64,000 nucleotides of DNA from Longimicrobiales bacterium (GCA_963664435.2 CAXXKM010000003.1:32001-96000), one strand, 5' to 3'; shown: positions 1 through 10,365, counted from the first letter of the stretch. A program made the numbers and translations. The notes: generated by a model from the letters alone, not told the origin.

Positions 1-30
1 TCGTGCACGAGGACGAGAGAGGAGACTGAG

Positions 31-642
31 ATGGAATCCGTCGTCGACCTCGCGCTCCTCGGGCTGCTGGCCGTGACCGCGATCGCCGTCGTGCGCGTGC
101 GCAATCTTGTTGCCGTAGTGATGCTGATGGGGATCTACAGCTTCCTCTCGGCCGCGCTGTTCGTCGTGCTCGACGCGGTGGACGTGGCGTTCACCGAGGT
201 GGCGGTGGGCGCCGGCGTCTCGACCATCCTGGCGCTCGGCACCGTGGCGCTGGTCGGAACGCGGCAGCAACGCCACGCGAAGTCGCCCGTCATCCCCCTG
301 CTGATCGTGCTGGTCACCGGGGGCATGCTGGTGTACGGCACCTACGATCTTCCCCGCTGGGGCCAGGCCGACAACCCCATCCACGGGCATGTCGCCCCAG
401 AGTACCTGGCCGACCACGTTCCCCTGGCCGGGCAGGATGGCGAAGCGCTCGAGGTGCACATCCCGAACATCGTGACCACCGTGCTGGCCAGCTATCGCGG
501 CTACGATACGCTGGGCGAGACCACCGTTGTCTTCGCCGCAATGGTGGGGGTCCTGCTTCTTTTCGTCGGCACCGGAGGGCGGCGGGGAGCGAGCGCACGC
601 GGCGCGGGCGGTGGGGACGACGACCCGGACGGCGCGTCATGA
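31..642 (+). CDS. Mrp/Mnh Na+/H+ antiporter subunit (DUF4040 + MnhB N-terminal part)
   Basis: Hydrophobic ORF with 'DAVDVAFTEVAVGAG' and 'NIVTTVLASYRGYDTLGE' motifs typical of MrpA C-term/MrpB; start of an overlapping mrp gene run. Confidence 0.85.
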   Translation: MESVVDLALLGLLAVTAIAVVRVRNLVAVVMLMGIYSFLSAALFVVLDAVDVAFTEVAVGAGVSTILALGTVALVGTRQQRHAKSPVIPLLIVLVTGGMLVYGTYDLPRWGQADNPIHGHVAPEYLADHVPLAGQDGEALEVHIPNIVTTVLASYRGYDTLGETTVVFAAMVGVLLLFVGTGGRRGASARGAGGGDDDPDGAS

Positions 643-1061
643 GAGACCAGATCATCCTGCGCATCGCCGCCAAGATCCTTGTCGGGCCTATCCTGCTCTT
701 CGCTCTGTACGTCCAGTTCCACGGCGACTACGGGCCGGGGGGCGGCTTCCAGGCGGGCGTCATCTTCGCGGCCGGGATCATCCTCTACGCCCTGGTCTTC
801 GGGCTTGACCAGGCCAGGGCGGTAATCCCGATGGGGGTCGTGATGTGGTGCGGAACGCTGGGGGTGCTGATCTTCGGCGGCGTCGGCGTGGTGGCCATGC
901 TGATGGGCGGGAACTACCTCGACTACGGCGTCCTCCTGCACGACGCCAGCCATGCCCAGCACATCGGCATTCTCCTGGTCGAAGCGGGGGTCCTGGTGAC
1001 GGTCTTCGGGGTCATGGTCACCCTCTTCTACAGCTTCGCCGGACGACGGAGGGCCGGGTAG
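639..1061 (+). CDS. mrpB: Na+/H+ antiporter subunit B
   Basis: 'HGDYGPGGGFQAG' MnhB signature; ATGA overlap with upstream gene. Confidence 0.9.
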   Translation: MRDQIILRIAAKILVGPILLFALYVQFHGDYGPGGGFQAGVIFAAGIILYALVFGLDQARAVIPMGVVMWCGTLGVLIFGGVGVVAMLMGGNYLDYGVLLHDASHAQHIGILLVEAGVLVTVFGVMVTLFYSFAGRRRAG

Positions 1062-1466
1062 ATGGAAGTTCTCGGCCTGTTCAACTACTGGGTGGTCATC
1101 TTCCTGATGATGGTGGGCTTCTACGCCCTCATCTCCCGCGGAAACCTGGTCAAGAAGGTCATCGGGCTGAACATCTTCCAGACCTCGGTGATCATCTTCT
1201 ACGTCAGCACCGGAAAGATCGCCGGCGGGACCGCGCCGATCCTGATCGGGGATGACCACGGAGTCGCGGAGGCGGGCGCGGAGGTGCTCTACTCCAATCC
1301 CCTCCCGCATGTGCTCATGCTCACCGCGATCGTTGTGGGCGTGGCCACCATGGCGATGGCGCTCGCGCTGGTGGTGCGCATCCGGGAGACCTACGGCACC
1401 GTCGAGGACGACGAGATCCAGGAACAGGTGCTCGCCGACGAAGCGGTCGAGGGAGCGCGGGCATGA
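1062..1466 (+). CDS. mrpC: Na+/H+ antiporter subunit C
   Basis: 'NLVKKVIGL' and 'NPLPHVLMLTAIVVG' MnhC motifs. Confidence 0.92.
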   Translation: MEVLGLFNYWVVIFLMMVGFYALISRGNLVKKVIGLNIFQTSVIIFYVSTGKIAGGTAPILIGDDHGVAEAGAEVLYSNPLPHVLMLTAIVVGVATMAMALALVVRIRETYGTVEDDEIQEQVLADEAVEGARA

Positions 1467-2941
1467 GCGCGCACCTCCCCGCCATTCAGATCGTCGTGCC
1501 CCTGCTGGCGGCCGCCCTTTGCGTGCTGGTCCCCTGGAAGCGGGTTTCGTGGGGGATCGCGTTCGCGGGATCGGTGACGGCCTTTTTCGCCGCCATCGGG
1601 CTGCTGTCCCGCGTTCTGGACGGCGAGGAAATCCGTTACGCGCTCGGGGGATGGGCGGCGCCCTGGGGGATCGAGTACCGGATCGACGCCGTCAACGCCC
1701 TGGTGCTGCTCATCGTTGCCGGCATCGGCGTAGTCGTGACGCCGTTCGCGCTCAAGAGCGTGGAGCGCGAACTGGACGGGCGCCGCATCCCCCTCTTCTA
1801 CGGGGCCTGGATGCTGTGTCTGTGCGGGCTCCTGGGCATCGCCATCACGGGCGACGCCTTCAACATCTTCGTCTTCCTGGAGATTTCCTCGCTCTCGGCC
1901 TACGCCCTGATCGCGATGGGTTCGGACCGGCGCGCGCTGGTTTCGGCCTTCCGCTACCTGATCATGGGCAGCGTGGGAGCGAGCTTTATCGTGATCGGGA
2001 TCGGGCTGCTCTACGTGGAGACCGGCACCCTGAACCTGGCCGACCTGGCCGAGCGCCTGCCGGCGCTGCACGGCGAGCGGACGGTCCTGGTGGCGTTCGC
2101 CTTCCTGACGGTCGGCACGAGCCTCAAGCTGGCGCTCTTCCCGCTCCACCTCTGGCTTCCCAACGCCTACACCTTCGCGCCCTCGGCGGTCACGGCCTTC
2201 CTCGCCGCCACCGCCACCAAGGTCGCCGTATACGTGCTGCTGCGCTTCTTCTTCACTGTCTTCGGCACGGCGTATTCGTTCGAGCAGCTCAGGCTCGGGG
2301 TGTGGCTGCTGCCTCTTGCGCTGGTCGCGATCTTCACCATGTCGCTGGTTGCGATCTTCCAGGGCAATGTGAAACGCATGCTGGCCTACTCGAGCGTCGC
2401 CCAGATCGGCTACATCATCCTGGGCGTCAGCTTCGCCTCCGTGACCGGGCTGACGGCAGCCACCCTCCACCTCTTCAACCACGCGCTCATGAAGGGGGCG
2501 CTCTTCCTCGCGCTCGGTTGCGTGATGTATCGCGTGGGCTCCGTCCACATCGACGCCCTGCGCGGCCTCGGACGGCGCATGCCCTGGACCATGGCCGCCT
2601 TCACCGCCGGCGGCCTCAGCCTCATCGGGGTGCCGCTCACGGTGGGTTTCGTGAGCAAGTGGTTCCTGGTGCTGGGGGCGCTCGAACAGGGGATGTGGCC
2701 GGTCGCGGCGCTGGTGCTGGTCACCTCAACCATGGCCGTGGTCTACATCTGGCGGGTGGTGGAGGCCATTTACTTCGGTGAGCCGTCCCCGCGGGCCGAG
2801 TCAGCCACCGAGGCGCCGCTCTCGCTGCTGGTGCCCACCTGGGCGCTCATCGTCGCCAACCTCTACTTCGGCATCGACGCCACCCTGACCACTTCGGTCG
2901 CCGGGCAGGCGGCGCGCACCCTGCTGGGAGGCGCTCCATGA
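1463..2941 (+). CDS. mrpD: Na+/H+ antiporter subunit D (proton-conducting membrane transporter)
   Basis: 'TGDAFNIFVFLEI', 'KLALFPLHLWLPNAY', 'KRMLAYSS' motifs. Confidence 0.9.
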   Translation: MSAHLPAIQIVVPLLAAALCVLVPWKRVSWGIAFAGSVTAFFAAIGLLSRVLDGEEIRYALGGWAAPWGIEYRIDAVNALVLLIVAGIGVVVTPFALKSVERELDGRRIPLFYGAWMLCLCGLLGIAITGDAFNIFVFLEISSLSAYALIAMGSDRRALVSAFRYLIMGSVGASFIVIGIGLLYVETGTLNLADLAERLPALHGERTVLVAFAFLTVGTSLKLALFPLHLWLPNAYTFAPSAVTAFLAATATKVAVYVLLRFFFTVFGTAYSFEQLRLGVWLLPLALVAIFTMSLVAIFQGNVKRMLAYSSVAQIGYIILGVSFASVTGLTAATLHLFNHALMKGALFLALGCVMYRVGSVHIDALRGLGRRMPWTMAAFTAGGLSLIGVPLTVGFVSKWFLVLGALEQGMWPVAALVLVTSTMAVVYIWRVVEAIYFGEPSPRAESATEAPLSLLVPTWALIVANLYFGIDATLTTSVAGQAARTLLGGAP

Positions 2942-4413
2942 ACGCCGGCGAGCTTGCGCTCCTCGCCCTCATCATCCCCGCGGTCGGCGCGGGGCTGGTG
3001 GGCCTGCTGCGTGCGCAGCCCAACCTGCGCGAGGCCGCTTCGCTGATTACCGGCGGCGTGCTGCTGGGCGTGGTGATGCGGATCCACCGGGCGGTGGCCG
3101 CGGGCGAGATCCCGCGCCTCGTGCTGGCGGAGCCCCTCCCCGGCATCCCGCTGGTACTCGAGGTGGAACCGCTGGGGATGATCTTCGCCCTGGTGGCGGG
3201 AAGCCTCTGGATCGTGACCACGCTCTACGCCATCGGCTACATGCGCGGGCATCACGAGAAGAACCAGACCCGCTTCTACATCTTCTTCGCCCTGGCCATC
3301 TCCTGCACCATGGGCGTCGCCTTCGCCGGCAACCTGTTCACCCTCTTCGTCTTCTACGAGGCGCTCACGCTCTCCACCTTTCCGCTGGTCACGCACGCGG
3401 GAACCGACGCGGCGAAGAGAGCCGGACGCGTCTACCTGGGCATCCTGCTCAGCACCTCGATCGCCTTCCAGTTGTTCGCCATCATCTGGACTTACCTGCT
3501 GACCGGGACCATCGATTTCGAGATGGGCGGGATCCTAGAAGGCAGGGCTGGGGAGGGCGTGGTGGCGGTGCTGCTGGCGCTCTACGTCTTCGGCATCGGC
3601 AAGGCGGCGGTGATGCCCTTCCACCGCTGGCTGCCCGCGGCCATGGTCGCTCCGACGCCGGTAAGCGCGCTCCTGCACGCGGTGGCGGTGGTGAAGGCGG
3701 GGGTGTTCAGCATCCTCAAGATCACCATCTACGTCTTCGGCATCGACTTTCTCACGCAGCTCGGCGCGAGCGTCTGGCTGATGTGGGTGGCCGCCGCGAC
3801 CATCATCCTGGCATCGCTGGTCGCCTTCCGGAAGGACAATCTGAAAGCGCGGCTGGCCTACTCGACCATCAGCCAGCTCTCCTACGTGGTGCTGGGCGCG
3901 ATGCTGGCCAACACCATGGGGATCATCGGCGGAGGCATGCACATCGTCATGCACGCCTTCGGCAAGATCACCCTGTTCTTCTGCGCGGGCGCGATCATGG
4001 TCGCTGCGCACAAGACCGAGATCAGCGACATGAGGGGCCTGGGGCGCAGCATGCCCGTCACCTTCGCCGCCTTCTTCGTCGGGACGCTGTCGATCATCGG
4101 ATTGCCGCCCGCGGGGGGCACCTGGAGCAAGTGGTTCCTGGGTCTCGGGGCGCTGGACGCGGGCCAGGTCGGACTGGTCGCCGTGCTGATGGTAAGCTCG
4201 CTGCTATCCATCGGGTATCTGATGATCGTCCCGGTGCGGGCGTTCTTCAGCCCGGCCTCCAACCCGCACGGCCACGGGCACGCGAACGGAGGGATACACG
4301 AGGCGCCGCTGCCTTCGCTGATCGCGATCGTGATCACCAGCCTGTGCTGCTTCGCGCTCTTCGTGTACCCGGATCCCTTCTTCCAGCTGATCTCGATGGT
4401 GGCGGGGCCATGA
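2938..4413 (+). CDS. Na+/H+ antiporter subunit D/A-family paralogue
   Basis: 'PFHRWLPAAMVAPTPVSALLHA' and 'LKARLAYSTISQL' motifs of the NuoL/MrpA/D family. Confidence 0.88.
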   Translation: MNAGELALLALIIPAVGAGLVGLLRAQPNLREAASLITGGVLLGVVMRIHRAVAAGEIPRLVLAEPLPGIPLVLEVEPLGMIFALVAGSLWIVTTLYAIGYMRGHHEKNQTRFYIFFALAISCTMGVAFAGNLFTLFVFYEALTLSTFPLVTHAGTDAAKRAGRVYLGILLSTSIAFQLFAIIWTYLLTGTIDFEMGGILEGRAGEGVVAVLLALYVFGIGKAAVMPFHRWLPAAMVAPTPVSALLHAVAVVKAGVFSILKITIYVFGIDFLTQLGASVWLMWVAAATIILASLVAFRKDNLKARLAYSTISQLSYVVLGAMLANTMGIIGGGMHIVMHAFGKITLFFCAGAIMVAAHKTEISDMRGLGRSMPVTFAAFFVGTLSIIGLPPAGGTWSKWFLGLGALDAGQVGLVAVLMVSSLLSIGYLMIVPVRAFFSPASNPHGHGHANGGIHEAPLPSLIAIVITSLCCFALFVYPDPFFQLISMVAGP

Positions 4414-4448
4414 GCGCGGGAGGGACGCGATGAAACGGGGGCCACGCC

Positions 4449-4856
4449 ATGAATAGGCGAGATTCGGGACGCGAGGGCGCCCACGGATCGGGACACGGGA
4501 ATGCCCACGGCTCCGGCCACGATGCCTCACACGGCGGCGGCCATGACTCCCGGCGCCGTGGCGCTCAAGACTCCGGACATGGCGCTCACGAGCCCGGACA
4601 TGGCGCTCACTCCGGACATCCTCCATCCAGCGTGGGCCCGAAGGCCACCCGGGTGATCCTTGTCGCCTTCTTCGTGATTTGCGCCGGGCTGGTGATCGCC
4701 GACTTCGTCTATCACCGGCACATGGAACACCCGCTGGAGGAGATCCCGGCGTTCTACACGATCTACGGACTGGTTGGAGTGGGCGCGCTGATCATGGCCG
4801 CCAAGGGGCTGCGGCGCATCGTCATGCGGTCGGAGGACTACTACGATGCCGACTGA
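4449..4856 (+). CDS. Small membrane protein of the mrp cluster with His/Gly-rich N-terminal repeats
   Basis: Two TM segments, C-term 'MRSEDYY', overlaps next gene start; exact start uncertain. Confidence 0.7.
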   Translation: MNRRDSGREGAHGSGHGNAHGSGHDASHGGGHDSRRRGAQDSGHGAHEPGHGAHSGHPPSSVGPKATRVILVAFFVICAGLVIADFVYHRHMEHPLEEIPAFYTIYGLVGVGALIMAAKGLRRIVMRSEDYYDAD

Positions 4857-6552
4857 CCTGCCTCCCTTTGCGATCTTCCTGGCCGGCGCCCTGCTGGTGC
4901 CGTTCGTTCGAGGATGGCCGCGCCGCGTCCTGCTGCTTGCGATCCCGGTCCTGGGCGCGCTCAACGTCGCCGGCATCCAGGAGGGGTTCGAGCTCTCCGT
5001 GGGTATGCTCGGCTACGAACTCTCGCTTGTTCGAGCCGACCGCCTGAGCCTCCTCTTCGGCTATCTGTTCCATCTCGGAGCGTTCATCGCCATCCTCTAT
5101 TCGCTGCACCTGCGGAAGGAGGAATCGGCCACGCTCCAGCACACCGCCGCGCTGGTGTACGCGGGGAGCGGGCTTGGCGCCGTGTTCGCCGGTGACCTGG
5201 TGACGCTCTTCCTCTTCTGGGAGCTGCTTGCGGTCAGCTCGGTTTTCCTCGTCTTCGCGCGCGGCACCGAGCGGGCGCGCAGGGCGGGGATGCGCTACCT
5301 GGTGATCCAGGTCGTGTCGGGGGTGGCGCTCCTGGCGGGGGCCATGGCGCGGGCCGCGCAGACCGGGGACATCTCCTTCGGCTTCATCGGGCTGGAGGGC
5401 CTGTCGGGATGGCTCATCTTCCTGGCCATCGCGGTCAAGGGGGCGTTCCCGCTGGTGCACAACTGGCTGACCGACGCCTACCCGGAGAGCACCCCCACGG
5501 GCACGGTATTCCTCAGCGCCTTCACCACGAAGGTTGCGGTGTACGCGCTTGCACGCGGCTTTCCGGGCACGGACCTGCTCATCTACGTGGGCGCGGTGAT
5601 GGCCTGCTATCCGATCTTCTTCGCCGTCATCGAGAACGACCTCCGGCGCGTCCTCTCCTACAGCATGATCAACCAGATCGGCTTCATGGTGTGCGGCGTG
5701 GGCGTGGGTACGGCGATGGCCGTCAACGGAGCCGTTGCGCACGCCTTCAACGACGTGCTCTTCAAGGGCCTGCTCTTCATGTCGATGGGCGCGGTGCTGT
5801 ACCGGACGGGAACGACCAAGGCATCCGAACTGGGCGGGCTCTGGAAGACGATGCCGTTCACAACCATCCTGTGCATCGTGGGAGCCGCCTCCATCTCGGC
5901 GCTCCCGCTCTTCAACGGCTTCGTCAGCAAAGCGCTCATCATGACCGCCCTGCTGGAGGAACATCACTACTGGATCTGGCCGGTGATGCTGTTCGCCTCC
6001 GCGGGCGTGGTCGAGCACGCGGGCATCAAGATTCCGTTCTTCGCCTTCTTCGCGCACGACTCGGGCATCCGCACCCGCGAGCCGCCGTGGAACATGCTCG
6101 CCGCGATGACCGTGGGCGCCGCCGCGTGCATCGCGATCGGTTCAATGCCGTGGCTGCTCTACGAGCATCTTCCGTTCTCGATGGACGGCTACTCGCCTTA
6201 TGACGTGACCCACGTCCTGACACAGCTCCAGCTGCTCGCCTTCGCGATCGGCGCCGTGGTGCTGTTCCGCCTGATGCGCATCTATCCCGATGAGATTCGG
6301 GCGGTCAACCTGGATGTGGAGTGGGTCTACCGGAAGGCGGCACCCGCGATGGTGCGCCGGGTGGGATCGGCGATTCGCGGGGCGGACTCGGCCGTGAGGG
6401 GCGCGGCGCTCGGCGGGGTGAACTGGGCGCTCGGCGGCGCCTTCCGCCATACCGGCCCGCACGGCGCCCTCGCGCGCTCCTGGCCAACCGGCAGCATGGT
6501 GTTGTGGGTCGCCGTGCTGCTGGCCGCGTTCCTCATCCTGCGGGCGTTCTGA
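4846..6552 (+). CDS. Na+/H+ antiporter subunit D-family paralogue (third copy)
   Basis: 'FPLVHNWLTDAYPE', 'ENDLRRVLSYS' motifs. Confidence 0.88.
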   Translation: MPTDLPPFAIFLAGALLVPFVRGWPRRVLLLAIPVLGALNVAGIQEGFELSVGMLGYELSLVRADRLSLLFGYLFHLGAFIAILYSLHLRKEESATLQHTAALVYAGSGLGAVFAGDLVTLFLFWELLAVSSVFLVFARGTERARRAGMRYLVIQVVSGVALLAGAMARAAQTGDISFGFIGLEGLSGWLIFLAIAVKGAFPLVHNWLTDAYPESTPTGTVFLSAFTTKVAVYALARGFPGTDLLIYVGAVMACYPIFFAVIENDLRRVLSYSMINQIGFMVCGVGVGTAMAVNGAVAHAFNDVLFKGLLFMSMGAVLYRTGTTKASELGGLWKTMPFTTILCIVGAASISALPLFNGFVSKALIMTALLEEHHYWIWPVMLFASAGVVEHAGIKIPFFAFFAHDSGIRTREPPWNMLAAMTVGAAACIAIGSMPWLLYEHLPFSMDGYSPYDVTHVLTQLQLLAFAIGAVVLFRLMRIYPDEIRAVNLDVEWVYRKAAPAMVRRVGSAIRGADSAVRGAALGGVNWALGGAFRHTGPHGALARSWPTGSMVLWVAVLLAAFLILRAF

Positions 6553-6565
6553 CGCCGGTCTTCGA

Positions 6566-7543
6566 GTGTCCGCAGGTTCTCCGCAGGTCAGACTGCAAGC
6601 TCCCCGTCTGCGGCTGGGGACCCGGGGATCCACGCTCGCCCTGATCCAGAGCCGGCAGGTGGCGTCCGCGCTGGAGGCGGCGGCCGGAGCGAGCGTCTCG
6701 CTGCACACGATCCGAACCCGCGGCGACGAGCAGGCCGATGCGTCGCTCGCCCGCATCGGCGGCGAAGGCGTCTTCACCAGCGCACTGGACGGCGCCCTGC
6801 TCGACGGTGCCGTCGACGTGGCCGTGCACTCCCTGAAGGACCTGCCGACCCGCATGACCCCCGGCCTTTGTGTCGCAGCCACGCCGCCGCGCGCAGACCC
6901 GCGGGACGCGCTGGTGCTGCCCCCGGGCGACCAACGCACCCTGGCCACCCTGCCCGCCGGCTCGCGGATCGGTACCGGCTCCCAGCGCCGCGCCGCGCTC
7001 GCCCGCGCCTTCCGCCCGGACTGCATGGTGGTGCCCATGCGCGGAAACGTCGACACCCGGCTGGCCAAGCTCGACCGGGGCGACTGCGAAGCGCTCGTGC
7101 TGGCGGCCGCCGGGCTGGGGCGCATGGGGCTCTCCGACCGCGCGAGCGAGCTTCTGGAGCGCACGGCGTGGCTGCCGGCTGCGGGGCAGGGCGCGCTGGC
7201 CGTGGTGGTCCGCTGCGACGATCCGCGGGCGCGCCGGCTGGCGGGGTCGCTGGACGACGGCCCAACCCGGCAGGCGGTGCGGGCTGAGCGGGAGCTGTTG
7301 CGTCTGCTGGGCGCCGGATGCCACCTGCCCGTCGGTGTGCTGGGACTGCCCTACCCGGGCGGCCTCAGACTCTGGACGATGGTGCTCAGCCCCGATGGCC
7401 ACCGGATCATTCGCTCCGACCGCACCGGCCGCCAAGCCGAACCGGAACGCCTCGCGGCCGACGTGGCGGCGGTCCTTCTGGGCCGGGGCGCGGGCGAGAT
7501 CCTGGCGGACCTCTCCCGCGCTCCCGCCCAGCCGCCACCGTGA
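6566..7543 (+). CDS. hemC: Hydroxymethylbilane synthase (porphobilinogen deaminase)
   Basis: 'GTRGSTLAL', 'AVHSLKDLP', 'RGNVDTRL', 'GCHLPVG' motifs. Confidence 0.95.
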   Translation: MSAGSPQVRLQAPRLRLGTRGSTLALIQSRQVASALEAAAGASVSLHTIRTRGDEQADASLARIGGEGVFTSALDGALLDGAVDVAVHSLKDLPTRMTPGLCVAATPPRADPRDALVLPPGDQRTLATLPAGSRIGTGSQRRAALARAFRPDCMVVPMRGNVDTRLAKLDRGDCEALVLAAAGLGRMGLSDRASELLERTAWLPAAGQGALAVVVRCDDPRARRLAGSLDDGPTRQAVRAERELLRLLGAGCHLPVGVLGLPYPGGLRLWTMVLSPDGHRIIRSDRTGRQAEPERLAADVAAVLLGRGAGEILADLSRAPAQPPP

Positions 7544-7619
7544 TGGACACCCCCGGCTCCTTCGCCCGCCGGCTGCGCCCGGAATACCCGCGCGCCGCGG
7601 CCGCACCGCCGCCACGCCG

Positions 7620-8123
7620 ATGATCCCGCCCGTCTCCCTCGACCGCAGGCTCCTCTCCATCGATGAGCTTGTCGCCCGCCACGGCCGCCCGCGCAGCGGC
7701 CGTCTCGTGTTCACCAACGGATGCTTCGACATCCTGCACCGCGGCCACGTGGAGTACCTGGCCGCCGCCCGCGCCCTGGGCGACATGCTCGTGGTCGGGC
7801 TCAACGGTGACGCCTCCGTCGCCCGCCTCAAGGGGCCGCACCGCCCCTACGTCCCCCTGCGCGACCGCGCCGCCGTCCTCGCGGCGCTCGCCAGCGTCGA
7901 CGTGATCACCCCCTTCGACTCGGACACCCCCGGCGCGCTCATCGCGGCCCTGCTGCCGGACGTGCTGGTCAAGGGCGGCGACTACGCCCCGGAGGAGATG
8001 ATCGGCCGCGACGAAGTCGAGGCCGCGGGCGGGGAAGTGGTGGTGGTGCCTTATCTGCCGGGACGATCCACCACCGGGCTGGTGCGCCGCATCCGCCGAG
8101 CGGAACCTCCATCATTCGAGTGA
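7620..8123 (+). CDS. rfaE2: D-glycero-beta-D-manno-heptose 1-phosphate adenylyltransferase
   Basis: 'VFTNGCFDILHRGH', 'LVKGGDY', 'GRSTT'; real start taken as ATG 7620 inside the longer 6870..8123 ORF. Confidence 0.9.
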   Translation: MIPPVSLDRRLLSIDELVARHGRPRSGRLVFTNGCFDILHRGHVEYLAAARALGDMLVVGLNGDASVARLKGPHRPYVPLRDRAAVLAALASVDVITPFDSDTPGALIAALLPDVLVKGGDYAPEEMIGRDEVEAAGGEVVVVPYLPGRSTTGLVRRIRRAEPPSFE

Positions 8124-8265
8124 GTCGTCCTCACCCATGCGGCGTCCCTTGCGTCAGCCCCGGTTCCCATAGAGAGTTTCCTTCGCGACACGCCATCGTC
8201 CCCTTCCAGCCGGGAGCGGACGCAATCCATCCCGAACAAGGACACCCACAGACAGGAGCGCGCGA

Positions 8266-8910
8266 ATGAGCCCGTCGCACGCACTCACGCTGGTTGCCGC
8301 CACGCGGAGCCCGCACAAACTGGACGAGATCCGGCGGATCCTGGGAAAGGATCCCGGACTGCGGGTCCTGAGTCTCGACGAAGCCGGCATCCCCTTCTCC
8401 CCCGAGGAAGACAAGATCGAGGTCTTCGACACGTTCGAAGAGAACGCCAAGGCCAAGGCCGCGTACTTCAACAGCCTTTGCGGAGCCGCGACCATCGCCG
8501 ACGATTCCGGTCTCGAAGTCGATGTGCTCGATGGGGCTCCCGGGGTGCGCTCCAAGCGTTTCGCGCCCGCGCCCGACCTCGTCGGCGAGGAACGCGACCA
8601 CGCCAACAACGAGCACCTGGTCAAGCTGCTCGCGAGTCACAAGCCCCATCGCCGCACCGGACGCTTCGTGTGCGTCGCCGTGCTGCACTTCGGCATGGGC
8701 GAACCGCTGGTGTTCCGGGGCGAGGCGCCGGGCACCATCGTCCTGGAGCCAAAGGGGGAAGGTGGCTTCGGATATGATCCACACTTCCTGGATCCCGAAG
8801 CAGGCCGGACCTTCGCCGAACTCGATCCCCGGGAAAAGGATGTTCGGAGCCATCGGGGCCAGGCCTTCCGGGCGCTCGGCTCGCACCTGCGCGAAACCCT
8901 CCACTACTAG
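8266..8910 (+). CDS. rdgB: Non-canonical purine NTP pyrophosphatase (RdgB/HAM1)
   Basis: 'ADDSGLEVD', 'GFGYDP', 'SHRG' motifs. Confidence 0.95.
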   Translation: MSPSHALTLVAATRSPHKLDEIRRILGKDPGLRVLSLDEAGIPFSPEEDKIEVFDTFEENAKAKAAYFNSLCGAATIADDSGLEVDVLDGAPGVRSKRFAPAPDLVGEERDHANNEHLVKLLASHKPHRRTGRFVCVAVLHFGMGEPLVFRGEAPGTIVLEPKGEGGFGYDPHFLDPEAGRTFAELDPREKDVRSHRGQAFRALGSHLRETLHY

Positions 8911-9071
8911 CGGCTCGTGGATGAATCCGCTGGCGCACCGGGAGCGGTGAGGCGCCGGGCCGCCAGGACGCTTTGAGGGCCGAATGGCAGGCTCCGGGGT
9001 GGAGCCCGCGGTCGCGTGGGGATTGAAGCGACCGCCGAAAACACTGATTCTTCCGTGTTGAAGTGATGAGA

Positions 9072-9145
9072 CGGGGCGTGGCGCAGCCCGGTAGCGCGCC
9101 TGCTTTGGGAGCAGGAGGTCGCCGGTTCGAATCCGGCCGCCCCGA
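9072..9145 (+). tRNA. tRNA-Pro(TGG), CCA not encoded; integration site of the island
   Basis: Cloverleaf with anticodon arm CCTGC-TTTGGGA-GCAGG and T-arm GGTTCGAATCC. Confidence 0.97.
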
Positions 9146-9147
9146 TT
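9102..9147 (+). repeat. attL: 46-bp direct repeat (tRNA-Pro 3' half)
   Basis: GCTTTGGGAGCAGGAGGTCGCCGGTTCGAATCCGGCCGCCCCGATT is identical to 48510-48555. Confidence 0.97.
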
Positions 9148-9192
9148 GGAGTTACGTGATTTGGGGGGTTTGATGTTCGCTAATTATGTCCG

Positions 9193-10365
9193 CTATTTGG
9201 ACGTGGAGCCACCCCCCCGGTACTCCTCGATGGCTTTTCTGAGCCGGTCCTCGTCGGGGCGCTGATAGCACTGGAGGACCGTCTCGGCGGTCTTCCAGCC
9301 GCCGAGGTCGCAGAGCACCTTCAGCGGCAGGTCCATCAGGTCGGAGGCGAATTTCCGCCTCAGCGAGTGCCAGCCGCGGCCACGCTTGGGTTCCAGCTCC
9401 GCAAGCGTCTCGGCCTTCTTCCACCAGTCCCGCGCCAGCGAGCGGCTCACGCACGCGAAGGGATCCTTCGGTGCGGTCAGCAGGGGCGCGTCCCCAATCC
9501 CGGGGTTGTGCCTCCGCGCTGCCTCCAAGGCGGCGAGCGCCTTGGAGGTGACCGGCGTCCGGTGCTCGTAACCGGTCTTCTCGTGCTCTCCCCGCCACCG
9601 GATGGTCCGGCCATCGAGGTCGATGTCGGCCCATCGAAGCTGCCGAATGGCACCGATTCGGTGCCCGGTCTCGTGGGCGAGCACCAAGGCCACTTGGAAC
9701 CGCCAGTCCACCTGGGCGGACACTGCGAGCAACGCTTCGTACTCTGTCTGGGTGAGCACCACCCGTCTCGGATTCTTCTCCTTTGGCAGCTTGAGGCCCC
9801 GGAGCGGGTTGGATTCGAGGAGGAGCCGTCCTTCCGCGTCCCTTGACTTCGCGGCCCAGTTAAGGATCGCGAGTAGCAGCCTCAGATCGTATTCGATCGT
9901 CCGTTCGGACACGGGTCTGCGGCTACCGCCGGCCTTTCCCACGCGCCGCGCCCGGATGAAGCGGTCCCAATCGCGTTGCGAAAGGGTCTCGGCCTTCCGG
10001 TGCCTCCCGAAGAACCGAAGGAACCTCCTCATCATGGCCCGGTCGTGGTTCTGCGACCGCCCGCTCTTCGTGGGGGTGACCTCTTCACCGTAGATTTCAA
10101 ACAGCGTTTCCAAGGTGAGCGGCTCGGACTCGGCTTCCGCCGTGTCCGTGGTCACGGGCTCGGCGAGTCCGGCGGCGATCTTGTCCGCCTGCCGCTTGGC
10201 CCGGTTCCAGTTACGGTGCTTCAGCGACCGGGTGAGCCTGCGCCCGTTCTCGCGCCACTCGACCTGGATGATACCGGTTCTGGGATCGGTAAAGACCCGG
10301 ACCCGGTTCCGGCCCCATTCGCCGGCGCTGTACGAGCGCCGACTTCGTTTCGTGCGTGCCATCAT
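9193..10365 (-). CDS. Tyrosine recombinase/integrase 1
   Basis: Catalytic motifs 'ETGHRIG', 'HSLRR', 'GGW', 'QCY'; start at MMARTK after a GAGAGG RBS, shared with paralogue at 39228. Confidence 0.93.
   Translation of the reverse strand: MMARTKRSRRSYSAGEWGRNRVRVFTDPRTGIIQVEWRENGRRLTRSLKHRNWNRAKRQADKIAAGLAEPVTTDTAEAESEPLTLETLFEIYGEEVTPTKSGRSQNHDRAMMRRFLRFFGRHRKAETLSQRDWDRFIRARRVGKAGGSRRPVSERTIEYDLRLLLAILNWAAKSRDAEGRLLLESNPLRGLKLPKEKNPRRVVLTQTEYEALLAVSAQVDWRFQVALVLAHETGHRIGAIRQLRWADIDLDGRTIRWRGEHEKTGYEHRTPVTSKALAALEAARRHNPGIGDAPLLTAPKDPFACVSRSLARDWWKKAETLAELEPKRGRGWHSLRRKFASDLMDLPLKVLCDLGGWKTAETVLQCYQRPDEDRLRKAIEEYRGGGSTSK

Noticed and set aside
1..29. 3' end of an upstream gene, probably mrpG
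   Set aside because: Too short to assign
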